Shown here: piece by piece, positions 48,969-62,394 of the stretch | How positions within the stretch are numbered: the first letter of the stretch is position 1 | How the letters are laid out: every line of letters starts with the position of its first letter | Source of the DNA: Narcine bancroftii | Taxonomy: Eukaryota | Reading direction: 5' to 3' | NCBI RefSeq assembly: GCF_036971445.1 | Contig: NC_091474.1 | Location: 77,872,001-77,936,000 of the forward strand | Length of the DNA: 64,000 nucleotides | Made by a program: the position numbers and the translations under genes | The notes under the pieces: generated by a model | Databases searched by the model: none | What the model was told of the DNA's origin: nothing | What the model saw: the letters and a program-made list of their open reading frames with translations, nothing else

Positions 48969-49785
48969 TCATATAGATCCCAACACTCTCTTTGATATAA
49001 ATTTTAATGATGCGTGATCCTCTGAGAGAAAAATTCTCCTCATACCTGTCTCAATGTGACAAACTTTTTCTGACACTGCGTCCTTGTTTGATGCTCTCTT
49101 CCGAAGTTGTTACAAGGCTTCCCAACTTCAAAACCATTCAACCACTTTGTAATGAAGATCAGTACTCTACCTTCCTAATTGAGGTTATGCACACTGTGGT
49201 TAATACATGAAGAAACTCAGATCCTACAGTACTTCCAGCATTCAAATAATCTGCTTTTCCAAAGAAGATGAGTAAATTGGTATTTCCGCACATTCAATCC
49301 ACTGCCAGATTTTTATCCACTTCCGTATTATAGATTCTCTCCCACCTATCTTTATATCATTAAATTGGTTGCAATAAATGCTGTTATCCAATTCATTAAT
49401 ATAGATTGTAAATAGTCATGTCTTCACCATTGATTCTTGTGTATCCCACTGTTTACAGCCTGACAATCTGAATGCGATCCATTTATTTAACTGATTAGTT
49501 AATCCTCCTTCCAGGTGAACATGCCACAAGAACTTCTGGTTTACTTTGTGAGTAACCTCCTTTGTACCACTTGCAAAAATACTTCTGGGAATTGATGTTC
49601 AGTATATACATTTTCCCATTTATCCATCTTGCTCATCAAATTCTCAAACAAAAATGTGATCAACTTGTCGAACAGCATTTCACTTCAATAAAAGGATGCT
49701 GACAATGGGGTATTATCCTAAATACAGTAAAAGCTCTGTTAACCAGAATTCAAGTAACTGGCAGAAAAATTGTGGAAAACAAATA

Positions 49786-50527
49786 CCGTATTTGTTGCCA
49801 TAGAAGTAATTGGATGTATAAGGTGACGCCTCTTTACCCCCCCCCCCCACCCCAATTTCCATTTAAAATATAGGTTTTGAACTATACTCGCTCGATGAGA
49901 CTATTGCAAATCTGGCACTGTTGCTGAGCCAACAGTCCTTTACCAAACAAATTCATAGGTGTTACATCCATGTTTCTGATGTTGCTTCATAGACAATTAT
50001 GTTTCTTACTTGTTTGACATAATGATGGAAAGTAGTAATTTTAACGTCAAGATCTGCTGGTAATTTCTGCATATTTTAGTTTACTGCCTCGTTACTAGAT
50101 AATTTATTTTCATAAAATGACTATACCATGAAGCAGTGGCTTTGAAATCTGTTGTGCCCTTAAGCCCCTTTAACATTTACAAACCACTAAATTGGTGGGT
50201 GAATGAACTATTTAGAAAAACCAGTAGCGTTGTTCACACTGGACCAACCTAGTAGCACAGAACAAAGGAACACCTATCTTCCAGTGATGACGTCCTGAGT
50301 GACCCATTGAGCGATAGCGGACCTGTCCTCCGTGCAGCAGAAAACCTTTACGTGAGTGCTCTGGGCATACAGCCCTTATAATAAGGCACACTGCGACTTT
50401 AAAGGAAAAGGCAACTAGTTCCTTGCTTGCCCGCAGTCTCTCTCGCACTGTCACCCCCCCCCCCCCACCTAGTTTTGGGATGACGCTTTTAAGGTCAAAG
50501 TACCTTCTTATACACCAACATATACAG
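49786..50527 (-). mobile_element. internally deleted pogo-family transposon nested in a Tigger end (49725-~50560)
   Basis: TA-flanked degenerate TIRs ccgtatttgttg / caacatatacag; minus-strand remnants FKATASWYSHFM and NMDVTPMN. Confidence 0.65.
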
Positions 50528-50619
50528 TAGGTAAAAAATACAGAATTTTAAATTTTGTGTGCCTTGTTGTTAGTTCACTAATCATGCAGCAAGCAATCAG
50601 AAACTTCAGTACTAATCTC

Positions 50620-50972
50620 CATAGGTACCAGATACAGCATTCATCAAGGATCCACACCACCCAGCACACTCTGTTCTTGCAGCTACCATCAGGAAAGAGG
50701 TCTAGGTGCCACAAGTCTCACACCACCAGGTTCAGGAACAGCTGCTCCCCCTCCACCATCAGACACCTCAACAACAAATTCAATCAGGGACTCATTTAAG
50801 GACTTTGTCTCTTTGTATTGCATAGTCAGTTTATTTGTTTACATGTACACGTTGAGCCAGTTTTTTTTTCGTTCTGCCAATGTGTTAATTCTGCCCGCCC
50901 GCAGGAAAATGAATCTCAGTGTTGTATGTAATGTCATGTATGTACTCTGACAATAAATCTGAATCTGAAATC
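50620..50972 (+). mobile_element. Rex1/Babar-like LINE 3' end (subfamily A)
   Basis: LPSGKRSRCHKSHTTRFRNS; tail ctctgacaataaatctgaatctgaaatct. Confidence 0.8.
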
Positions 50973-51299
50973 TACTGATTGTAGAATTTTGATTGCCATT
51001 TGAAAATTCAAGAATTCTTCCAACATAAACGTAATCTGTTGATTTTTTTAAAGTCAGCTCTATGCTTATGTATTTTCAGAAGTAAATAATCTAATAGTCA
51101 ACCTTTTTGCTTCTTAGCACCATAGCCTTCCATGGTAATTGGGTTTCTTTCTGTTATCATAATTACAGCTCTGAATGCACCACGAGTTCTGATTTTTGTC
51201 TTATCCTGAGATTGATGTATTCAATGGGCCACTGGCTGTCAAATTTGTAATTAAGCAAGTGATGGGAATTTGACCAAAATTCAACTCTATTTTTCTTTT

Positions 51300-51533
51300 A
51301 ATTTTAATTTAAATGTTAACATCTAGCAAGGTAACTGGCCCTTTTGGCCCACAGCTCCATGCTGCCCAATTACACCCAATTGACTTATACTGTCAGTAGA
51401 TTTTTTTGAAAAATAGGAGGAAACTGGAGCAGTCTCAAGTAGAATGTACAAACTCCTTACAGACAACATGGGATTTGAAACCCCAGTCCCAGTCGCTGGC
51501 GCTGTAACAGCGTAATGCTAACCACCACCACCA
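51300..51533 (-). mobile_element. tRNA-derived V-SINE-like element
   Basis: Head tggttagcattacgctgttacagcgccagcg...gggtttcaaatccc on minus strand. Confidence 0.75.
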
Positions 51534-52187
51534 CTATTGTTCTTATTTTCAACTAATAAAAATCTTAAAATCTCATGTAAACTGATAGAAAAGGATGTTT
51601 CTAGCATTAGTCAAAAAAAAATCAAACATAGGCGAAACAAAACAAAGTGTTGGCGACAGAAATATAATAAAACTAGCCATAATTTTTTGTGCTGTTTGCC
51701 ATTGCCACTCTAATCAAAATTACCCACAAACTATTCTGTAGTCAAAAATAACTAGTCTTCCTGAGCCAACTTTCTCTTTATGTAAACAATAGCGTTCAAG
51801 TCCTTTTGATGATTGTGCATTTGTTAACGTATTACTGGAGTGAGGCCGAATCCCTTAAAGCAAACTTTGAATAATGGGAGATATTTATTTGTTGTCCTTG
51901 AAGAGTATGTTCAGCTGGGCAAAAATGCCTGTGCTATTTAGTAAAGCATACACAATTTATGTTTGTCATCTTTATGATGAGACATACTTGTTCTAACTTG
52001 AATATTTTTACTTTAGGCTTTTTGATATTAGTCTTAGTTTTTATCAGTTTTACAATAATCGAGCCTCATTTTAAAAAGCTAATCAACTATTGTATAATTA
52101 AATGTAAATTTTGCACATCTATATTTTTTTAGTAGAAAACATGTTCACCTTGAGGTCAGCCATGATGGATAGTAGAATTGTATTTAG

Positions 52188-53293
52188 CCATGAAAGACCT
52201 CAACAATGAAGACGCTGTTTACATCCGGTACCGCACGGACGGCAGTCTCTTCAATCTGAGGCGCCTGCAAACTCACACCAGACACAAGAGCAACTTGTCC
52301 GTGAACTACTCTTTGCAGACGATGCCGCTTTAGCTGCCCTTTCAGAGCCAGCTCTTCAGCGTTTGATGTCCTGTTTTGCGGAAACTGCCAAAATGTTTGG
52401 CCTGGAAGTCAGCCTGAAGAAAACTGAGGTCCTCCGTCAGCCAGCTCCCCACCATGACTACCAGCCCCCCCACATCTCCATCGGGGACACAAAACTCAAA
52501 ACGGTCAACCAGTTTGCCTATCTTGGCTGCACCATTTCATCAGATGCAAGGATCGACAACGAGATAGACAACAGACTCGCCAAGGCAAATAGCGCCTTTG
52601 GAAGACTACACAAAAGAGTCTGGAAAAACAACCAACTGAAAAACCTCTCAAAGATAAGCATATACAGAGCCATTGTCATACCCACACTCCTGTTCGCATC
52701 CGAATCATGGGTCCTCTACCGGCATCACATACGGCTCCTAGAACGCTTCCACCAGCGTTGTCTCCGCTCCATCCTCAACATTCATTGGAACGACTTCATC
52801 CCTAACATCGAAGTACTCGAGATGACAGAGGCCGACAGCATCGAATCCTCGCTGTTGAAGATCCAACTGCGCTGGGTAGGTCACGTCTCCAGAATGGAGG
52901 ACCATCGCCTCCCCAAGATCGTGTTATATGGCGAGCTCTCCACTGGCCATCGTGTCAGAGGTGCACCAAAGAAGAGGAACAAGGACTGCCTAAAGAAATC
53001 TCTTGGTGCCTGCCACATTGACCACCGCCAGTGGGCGGATTTCGCCTCAAACCGTGCATCTTGGCGCCTCACAGTTTGGCGGGCAGCAACCTCCTTTGAA
53101 GAAGACTGCAGAGCCCACCTCACTGACAAAAGACAAAGGAGGAAAAACCCAACACCCAACCCCAACCAACCAATTTTCCCCTGCAACCGTGTCTGCCTGT
53201 CCCGCATCGGACTTGTCAGCCACAAACGAGCCTGCAGCTGACATTTACCCATCCATAAATCTTCGTCCGCGAAGCCAAGCCAAAGAAAGAAAG
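52188..53293 (+). mobile_element. RTE-clade LINE, 5'-truncated
   Basis: LLFADD, LRWVGHVSRM, RLPKIVLYGEL; one frameshift ~52280; (aaag)n tail; ATTTAG flanking repeats. Confidence 0.95.
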
Positions 53294-53365
53294 ATTTAGT
53301 CAGGTAGTTAGTACACCAAAGATTTAAACTAACTGAAATTTTTAAAGAGACGTAGTTTGCATATA

Positions 53366-54127
53366 CGGTAAAACTCCAGTTATCCAAAATGTTCGGATAA
53401 ATGTTTTTTTCAGTGAACTGGCCATTTTTAAAAAACAGCCCAGTAGCAACAGCTAGTATCAATGTTTAAACAACAACAAACTACAAGGGAAGACTTCTTA
53501 AGCATTAAAATAATGTTTAATTCTTATCAGAAAAAATGCTGGCCGCCACCAACCCCGACATGTCCCTATCGCCACTGCTGATCATCGAGACCTCCCAGCC
53601 GCCACTGCGATCCCTGCTGCTGATCCCCAGGAAAGTTTCCCGGGCCAGTGGAAGACTCACCGGCGAAGTGGCGGGTTCCCGCCTCTCCAGTCATTGGAGC
53701 TCCTGATGCCTGAATCCGAATCTCCATTCAGCCTACTACACACGTGCACTGGGGAGAGGAGGGAATGCCACTGAGCCCAAGGTCCCGCTTCTGCCCGGGA
53801 TGACGCCGGGACAGGGGATTCTTCTGACTGCTTGCGGCTGGGAGACAGTGGCATGCAGATTGAGAGGGAGAGTTGGAGAGAAAAGTCAGTTGGGGAAGGT
53901 AAAGAAGAAATGGAAAGAGAGAGGGGAGGAAGTTTCCTGAAACGAGGACAACCGTCATTCTAATTTTGTATCGGATGAATTTTTTTTTCAACTGGTAAGG
54001 TCAGTTCGGGTCTGAAAAATTTTTAGATAAATAAGGATTTCTGATTTGTTTCGGATATCCTCATTGATCTGAAATTTAAAAAAAAATCTGGATATATGAG
54101 GATTTCAGATAATCAGAGTTGTAAATG
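53366..54127. mobile_element. Tigger-like MITE
   Basis: ta|cggtaaaactccagttatcc with degenerate inverse gataatcagagttgtaaatg|ta; repeated cggata/gata subterminal motifs. Confidence 0.5.
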
Positions 54128-55438
54128 TAGTTGAGTGTTAGTTCATTTGATTTGATACTGTTCTTGATAACATTTGTTGCTTCTTCCATGGCACACTCGG
54201 TGCATGCTATTTCATTTAAGATGAGTGTAATATTCCTTGTAATAGCTCACTGTGTGCAGTCCTGTGTATTGAACTTTATTATTGAACATAAAGTGAATAC
54301 AGAAAATGCTCAGCAGCTCAGAACACATCTGTGCAGACAAAGTTAATGTTATTTGATGTTGTCGGATTGTTGGGTATTTCCAGTGATTTTTGTTTTTCTT
54401 TTAGATGTTCACTATCTGCAGTTTTTCTGATTTTTTTTTACTTTGTTATTAAGAAGTTCATTTGAACTATTTTGGTACACAGCTATTATTCACTTTTAGT
54501 CACTAAATTACATTAAACTGTGAATACTCATGATTAAAACGTGGATATATATCTTTAGAGAAAATTACAATTCCGTAACTCCTAAGGCCAGATTTGATGC
54601 AATTTGAAAACTTGTCTCCAATTTGTTATTATGATGAAAAATTGTTTATTATTTCTCAGGAATTATCATTTGAGTTTGAAGTGTTTTGTCCTTGATATAA
54701 GTGGGAAATGTTGTGGTTTGGAAATTCACTGTATTTAAAACTTTTAAAGTGTGGATCTCGAATGAATCAAAGTAACTCTCAAGATAGAGGGATTAATGTC
54801 TTTGTATGCCCCCAGCCAAAGCACAAATGGTGCTAATAACATCTAATTCATGAAAAATTTACACCCAAGGAGGCAGCCATTTACTTTGCTGTATTGATGC
54901 CAATTGAGAAAGAACTGTCTTGCCAAATCCCATTGTCCAGCATATTATCAGTGATGGCTCTCTAATATACCCAATTACTTTTGCATGTCTCCACAACCAG
55001 GAGGAATTCTATTCCATCATTGCCCTCTGGATGAAAAGATTTTAATTTCCTCCAGTTCTCTTATCAATTGCTTTTAATAATGATTCCACTTGTGAAGAAA
55101 AAAGTGCTTCATACTTTTCTCCTCACCTCCCCTCTTCCAGTTTCCATTCAGCCTCCACTGTTCTCACTTGATCTTGCTTGAACTACAGTTTTCCAGTACC
55201 GATTACCATTTCATAAATTACTCTTGCACTCTCTCCAGTGGTTCATATTTTATGCTGTTTTGAAGTGACCAGAACTGTCTGCAGTACTCAAACATGGCCT
55301 AACATTAACCTCTGCTTTCATATTATATACCTCAAGCATGATCACATCACAGGCATATAGATATATTCATTTCAAATCTATATTTTCCATAAAAATGTTT
55401 GGCTAATTATGCTTCTAAGCAGTATCAATATTAATGAT

Positions 55439-55522
55439 TCTTTGGCTTGGCTTCGCGGACGAAGATTTATGGATGGGTAAATGTCCACGTCAGCTGCAGG
55501 CTCGTTTGTGGCTGACAAGTCC
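55439..55522 (-). mobile_element. short RTE LINE 3' fragment
   Basis: Reverse complement of RTE 3' end. Confidence 0.9.
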
Positions 55523-57008
55523 ATGTCAGATGTCACTGTTACTCTTCAATTTTATTCATTATTACATGACATGATAAATATGCCATTTATTTTGGAATAC
55601 AGAGTTGAAAGATTTGTGTTTTTTGGAAAAAAAATCATGTTTTAAAAGATCCAGGAGGGAAGTTGTTAGCTTCTGAAATTCATACAATTCTTCTCGTAAG
55701 GTATTACTTTGTGAGGCCTAATGTTCAAGTTTTTTATGCGTCAAGCATTTCAATTTACTGTATGTTGCTGAAGCTGTAATGAATCCGAAGAGTTGGCGGC
55801 AGACCAACTTGGTGTGGGGTACCAGTGCACTGAAATTGGAAGAGACCCAGCTTATAAAATCCTTTCACATTTCATCATTGAAAACAATGCAGCAGAAAAC
55901 TGAAGGCATCACGTGGGCATACCACACGGAACCTCAGTGGCTTTCTTTCTCAAAGATCTGTGTGACCAAGAACTGTCAGAAGGCAGCATACATAATCACT
56001 ACTCCAGTAAGTCACATGATCAAATGCATTAAATACAAAGAAGGTTAAAGCTTACAAAACAGAAAACTTGCCGATGCAACAATCCACTGCACTACTGTGT
56101 TTCTTTCACAATATTGTGCATTGAAACCAGACAAAGTATTTTCACCTTGAATGCTCAGACACTACTGATTCATGAATAAATTGGAAATCTGTTTTAAAAT
56201 CAGTCCTACAATGTGGCACCCTAAGAAAGTTACACTCCACCAGATTTGATCGCATATAAGACCCACGGGGATATTAAGATTTTTTTTTAGTTTATTTATG
56301 GATAAGCATTTAATGTTATTGAAATATGTAGCTCCAGTATAGCAGAAAAAAAAACTTGGACAAAACATGCAACTAGGAAAATCTTTTTAATAATAACACT
56401 GCTGTCAAACCACATGAATTGCTTAAGGTACATTTTTGGGGGTAAATAAAATCACATAAACAATGGTAATGAAATGAGTTTATTATCATACATGCAGTGT
56501 ATATGTGCAGTGAAATTCTTGCTTGCTGCAGCTAAAAAGGTACTTTTGTTAAAAAAAAGTGCTTTCTAGATTCCCAATTCGTTGGGCCTGAGCCCTTCAT
56601 TGGTTACTACCTTTTACTTCCTATGGATTGCGAGTGTCTTGTTGAGTTGCTCCACCACTTTTATGCATTGCGCTCGACTCCAGCAGCTGCAGATTTTCTT
56701 GTTTAACTATAATGGCATACACTAAATTCTCCAGTACAGAAAGAGATGTGTCAGTAGGATGTTTTCGGGCGGGCAGCATGAATTTCATGGGCTGGAGAAG
56801 CCTTCTATCATGCTGTATTGTTAAAATTAAAAACATAAATGATAGATTAATAAATATTTCCAGTGTGTGCAAGGAAAGTGGTGTTTCAATTGTGCATGCA
56901 GGTCTTTTTTGAGGTCCTGAAATGATTTATGGTTAAGGTGGTAAGGGGAAGTTCAAGAGCCTGATCATGTTTGGATAAAAATTGTTCTTGAGCCTTGAGG
57001 TGCTGAAC

Positions 57009-57865
57009 TATTATGAGCTCCCATTTTAGTAAAATGGGATTATCACTATAATGGATAGTACAAACAGGAGGAACTGAATGGTCACAGTTAACATTTAATA
57101 TTTCACACAAGTCACAGCCCAGCGATAATTCGATACATTGGAAGAGCTGAGGGAAGGTTTGTCACAGTCTGTTCCAGATTTGAAACATTTCCAAAGACAT
57201 TTTGCAAGAGAGAACCATTCTGACTGCTGAAGAGAAAACAGCTTTTTCAAGCAGCTCTTGTGGCCAGCCATTTTTGTGGAATTCAGAGCCTTTTTGGGGG
57301 ATTGACCTGTGCCAGGAGGGTTTTTTGGGAAGCAAAGTGCTTCATTTCGATTATGACTAACAGTGAAGGTCACTTGGAGAGACCACTTCATTTTGTGCGT
57401 GACTTAACAGTGACAGTCACTTGTCGAGACTGGTGCCAGGATCTTGGAAGCTTTGTGGAAGCCGCCCAGTTCAAGTCTCGCCTACAAATGGAACAGGAGT
57501 GTGGATGGACATTTCTTCAAAGGCAACACAAGGAGAATTCGTGAGCCTGTAGCAGCGACAACTCCAGTCTTCCCATCAGTTCATCATTAATTCTTGGCAT
57601 CAAATTTCAAAAGCTTACACTTCAATGTTGAATTTGAAAGACTGAAGTTTGAAGTAATGTTCTAGATTTTGGCCTGGACTGTAATGTTTTGGGTATATCA
57701 CACACATACACTAGGACACCTGCGCATAGTTGGGGATATATTTAGGGTTATGGATAGTTTGAGTTAAGACTATAGTTTAAGAGTATGCAATAAAATTAGT
57801 GTTTTAAAATTAAACACTGTCAGGTTCATTGTCTATTGCTGCTCATTACCTCACGGTTCATAACA
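57009..57865 (+). mobile_element. solo LTR (857 bp)
   Basis: Termini tattatga...tcataaca; 4-bp TSD GAAC (57005-57008, 57866-57869); AATAAA ~57789; splits a minus-strand Rex1-like fragment. Confidence 0.8.
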
Positions 57866-57939
57866 GAACCTTCTCCGCAAAGGTAGCAGCGAGGAAAAAG
57901 TTGCAACCAGGGTGATAAGGATCCTTTAATGTTGTTGGC

Positions 57940-58387
57940 CGTGGAGAGCATTTGGGCTGGTTGCATCACCGTCTGGCATTGAGGTGCCAATGCTCAGGAC
58001 AAGGAAAAAAAAACCCAGGGGGTTGTTAACTCAGCCTGCGGCATCACAGGCACCAGTCTTAACTCCTATAAGAGGCGGTGTGTTACGAAAGCAGCCTCTA
58101 TCCTCAAAGTCCCTCTCCACCCAGGTCATTTCCTCTTCACTTTGCAACCATCAGGAAAAAGGTACAGGAACTTAAAGATGAGCACTCAGCGACACAAGGA
58201 AATCCCCATCTGTCATCATATGCCTGAATGAACAATGAATCACAGACACTGCCTTAATTTTGATTTTTTTTTGCACAATTTTTCTTGATTTTGTAATGTG
58301 GTTTATGTAATGTTTGCATTGTGATGCTTCCACAAAACAACAAATTTTGTGGCATGTTTGTGACAATTAATTTTGATTCTGATTCTG
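57940..58387 (+). mobile_element. Rex1/Babar-like LINE 3' end (subfamily B)
   Basis: Aligns by eye to 34345-34812. Confidence 0.75.
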
Positions 58388-59127
58388 GCACCTTCTTGAG
58401 CTACCAGAAGAGACTGACCATCAGAGCACAACTCTTAAGTTAAAATACATATGGGGAGATTTATGAATGGGAAAGGATTACAAGCATTTGGACCACTTGC
58501 AGGCAAGTGGGACTAACCCAGAATGCCAACTTGGCTGGCATGGGACATTAGCTGGAGGACCTGTCTCCATTTCTGTCCAAATCCAGAACTCCTTAGTAAT
58601 CAGCACTGTGGGAGTGCCTCTACTAGAGGATCACAGCAGTAGAAGTCATCATGTGTGAACAGTCAGTAAATGATAATCCAGCACATGATGCTTCAAAATC
58701 TCAGCAAATGAATAAATAATTTTAAAAATGTCTTGTTCTCTGATTCATAAAGAATTCTGATACGCCAATGGATATCCAAGCTACTTCATCCTGCTTTTAT
58801 GCTTATGTTATTAAAATATACACGAGATTTAAAACATTTCAACAAGCTGTGACCTTTTGCATTAAGCTTTATGACAGACAGTATTCTGGTCAGAATGTGC
58901 ACCTCTACATTTTGTGTGTGATTCTGGAAAAGCTTCGTACTCCAACCATGGTAAAATTGCAATAAAAAGAAACTGAAACTAATCATATGCCAGTGGAGGG
59001 AAGAGTAATTTCCAAAGGAAGTTCCTGCCTGCAATGCAGCATTACCCAGAATTGTTGAATGTTTATATTCATTGCTTGGGGATCTATATTCTGTAGGTAC
59101 AAGCTATAAAAGACAGATTTTAAAAAA

Positions 59128-59335
59128 AATTAGACATATACATGGTAACAGGCCTACGCTCTCACGCTGCCCAATTACATCCAATTATCTGACAACCCCT
59201 GGTAATTTTTTTGAATGGTGGGAAGAAACTCACACAGACACGGCGAGAATGTACAATCTCCTTTCAGCGCCAGATTCAAACCCCAGGCCCGATCGCTGGT
59301 GCTGCAAGTGTTACGTTAACCACTACACTAACAGT
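59128..59335 (-). mobile_element. tRNA-derived V-SINE-like element (another copy ~59985-60150)
   Basis: Shares body and head with 51300-51533. Confidence 0.7.
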
Positions 59336-59494
59336 GCAACTCAAATGTTTTAAGGTTTTAGGATCAACCTTTAAAGGGAGGGCACATATGCTAATGAAGG
59401 AAAATGCTTTGTGTTCAAGATGTAAAAGATTATTTTCTTTAAAGTTTTCACGTGGTTTATGATAATTTATGGTTTATGATAATATGATAATTTA

Positions 59495-59580
59495 ACATAA
59501 CCAACATTTTGTGCTTGAGCTTCGCTACACAAAGTACACTGTTTGACCTGTTGAATTATTTCAGTGTTGTGTTTTAACTT
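59495..59580 (+). repeat. 86-bp direct repeat of 61817-61902
   Basis: Two mismatches in 86 bp. Confidence 0.9.
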
Positions 59581-60687
59581 AAAGATTTGTAATGATTTGT
59601 AATGTTTAATAAACTGAAAAGACCAGCTGAGTTCCTCCAACATTTTGGTGTGTTTTCTACAATCACAGTGTACACTGTCTGCAGTGTCTTGTGTTTCATT
59701 CAGCTCATTGTCAAGTTATCTTGGTTGTAAGTAGTGGTTTCTTTTTGAAGATAGGATGATGTCTTTTCTTATCATAGTTGGGTACTTATGCATTTTATTG
59801 CCTTAAGAGTCTCTATGCTTCTCCCATTTGCTTGCATCTTAAATGAATGCAACCAATTGGTTCATGTGAAGCCAAGCCTGTGAAAAAAACACAGCATTGT
59901 TTTTCTGTCCCTATAATTATGGTTTTACCTCAGAAGTTAATCTCTGAATTCTCTTAAAGTAATGATTTTTTTAAAAATTACATTTTAAATTAAATTTGGA
60001 CATACAGCACAGTAACAGGCCCTTCTCGTGCCCATGCCACCCAAACTTGCATGTATTTGAAAGGTGGAACTGGAGCAACTGGATGAAACCGACACAGACA
60101 CTTGGAGAACGTACAAACTCCGTGTAGATGGAGCCAGATTCAAATCTGGTTTGCTCATGTTTTAAAGTGTGGCGTTATAGCAGTAAGTCATGCTTTAGTT
60201 GGAAACTTAAGGCCAAGAGATGGAAGACTGTTTTTTGCACTGTCTATATCAATTTGAAGAGAGGTAACAATATAAAATTCTGACAGTTCACGCTGATCTC
60301 CTTCGGAGAAAGTGATGGCACAATTAAAATGATTAATGAGTTTTAAAATTGACTATTTGTATCAATTAAAAATATTTCAAACAAACTAGCATAATGAATG
60401 TCAGTAGTTAATGTTAAAAGTATTCAGTCACAGCTTTCTTCATCTATAATATTGTGGTCTTTTGTCACTAGTATTTATGAAGGGGGAAGCTGAGGAAAAA
60501 GATTGTAGGAAATAAACTTGATTAACTGGAGCATCAATATTTCATGAACTTTTTTTCATTGTTCTCTCTCATCACTAAATTTGCTGATAATGAACATTAT
60601 TTTTGATTCAGAAAAATAAGGCGGCAACCAGAGACTGTTGAGATGTCTCGGCTCATAAATGTGCTGTTAAATGTATATTATATGACT

Positions 60688-61647
60688 CTTCAGCGCATGA
60701 CGTCCTGCTTTGCGGAAACTGCCAAAATGTTTGGCCTGGAAGTCAGCCTGAAGAAAACTGAGGTCCTCCATCAGCCAGCTCCCCACCATGACTACCAGCC
60801 CCCCCCACATCTCCATCGGGCACACAAAACTCAAAACGGTCAACCAGTTTACCTATCTCGGCTGCACCATTTCATCAGATGCAAGGATCGACAACGAGAT
60901 AGACAACAGACTCGCCAAGGCAAATAGCGCCTTTGGAAGACTACACAAAAGAGTCTGGAAAAACAACCAACTGAAAAACCTCACAAAGATAAGCGTATAC
61001 AGAGCCGTTGTCATACCCACACTCCTGTTCGGCTCCAAATCATGGGTCCTCTACCGGCATCACCTACGGTTCCTAGAACGCTTCCACCAGCGTTGTCTCC
61101 GCTCCATCCTCAACATCCATTGGAGCGCTTTCATCCCTAACGTCAAAGTACTCGAGATGGCAGAGGTCGACAGCATCGAGTCCACGCTGCTGAAGATCCA
61201 GCTGCGCTGGGTGGGTCACGTCTCCAGAATGGAGGACCACCGCCTTCCCAAGATCGTGTTATATGGCGTGCTCTCCACTGGCCACCGTGACAGAGGTGCA
61301 CCAAAGAAAAGGTACAAGGACTGCCTAAAGAAATCTCTTGGTGCCTGCCACATTGACCACCGCCAGTGGGCTGATATCGCCTCAAACCGTGCATCTTGGC
61401 GCCTCACAGTTTGGCGGGCAGCAACCTCCTTTGAAGAAGACCGCAGAGCCCACCTCACTGACAAAAGGCAAAGGAGGAAAAACCCAACACCCAACCCTAA
61501 CCAACCAATTTTCCCCTGCAGCCGCTGCAACCGTGTCTGCCTGTCCCGCATCGGACTTGTCAGCCACAAACGAGCCTGCAGCTGACGTGGACTTTTACCC
61601 CCTCCATAAATCTTCGTCCGCGAAGCCAAGCCAAAGAAAAAAAAAGA
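60688..61647 (+). mobile_element. RTE-clade LINE, 5'-truncated
   Basis: Close relative of 52188-53293; C-terminal FPCSRCNRVCLSRIGLVSH zinc-finger-like motif; TSD ATATGACT (60680-60687, 61648-61655); +1 frameshift in poly-C ~60800. Confidence 0.95.
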
Positions 61648-62012
61648 ATATGACTTGTGCTTAGCTTGGGGCATTACTGAGTATTGTTATTTCATCTTAA
61701 AACAGATGAAAGTAAAACACTAAAGTCTGAAAGCACCGTGGTTGAAGTAAAAACGGAATGGTGGAGAAACTCAGTAGATCAAACAGTGTCCTTTATACAA
61801 CAAAGATAAGATACATACATAACCAACGTTTTGTGCTTGAGCTTCGCTACACAAAGTACACTGTTTGACCTGTTGAATTATTTCAGTGCTGTGTTTTAAC
61901 TTGAAACAGTTGAGTTGAGTTCAGACCCACTCCGTAAGCTTGATTTTGAAATATGGACTCTTTTTGAAGATTAAGAATTCTATTAATATCCTGCCTAAAA
62001 TTTATTTTTCAG

Positions 62013-62081
62013 GATCTACCTATAGCGTGTTGTCAACAATGCCTTCTGACTCAGAAAGTAGCAGTTCCCTCAGCAGTATTG
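62013..62081 (+). CDS. DLG5: discs large MAGUK scaffold protein 5 (or paralog), 69-nt phase 1-1 exon
   Basis: tttatttttcag|GATCT...TATTG|gtaagt; encodes GSTYSVLSTMPSDSESSSSLSSI, matching the post-CARD segment of human DLG5 (GSTYSVLSTMPSDSESSSSLSSV) as recalled from memory. Confidence 0.88.
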
Positions 62082-62394
62082 GTAAGTTTTCAACTTTATC
62101 AGTGATCGATCCCAAACTCATTGTTGCTGTGTCTTTGACATATATGAGCCAAAGTGTGAATGTATAAAAGGGTATGCGTAGATTCATCCAAACGTGCCAC
62201 TGTCATCTCATGCCTAACGATCCATATTCTCAATCCAAGATCCAAAAATCCCTCTTCAACAACTCGAAAGCAACTAAATGTGACGATGGTTGCTTTTAAT
62301 GCATCTCAATGCAAACCACCTTAGCCCAATAACTGGCAGATATCCTCATCTCCCTATCACTTTGTTGCAACTAAGGTATATTTTGGAATCTCAT

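Noticed and set aside
51440-51533. tRNA genes (A/B-box-like motifs here and in other copies)
   Set aside because: SINE heads attached to a shared core and tail; no full cloverleaf
52881-53462. 193-aa minus-strand ORF (and 152-aa ORF at 61216-61674)
   Set aside because: Antisense frames of the RTE ORF
56580-56600. Penelope-associated hammerhead ribozyme (minus strand atgaagggctcaggcccaacg)
   Set aside because: Stem II-like GGGC-TCAG-GCCC remains, but CUGANGA and GAAA core boxes are broken; at most a non-functional relic
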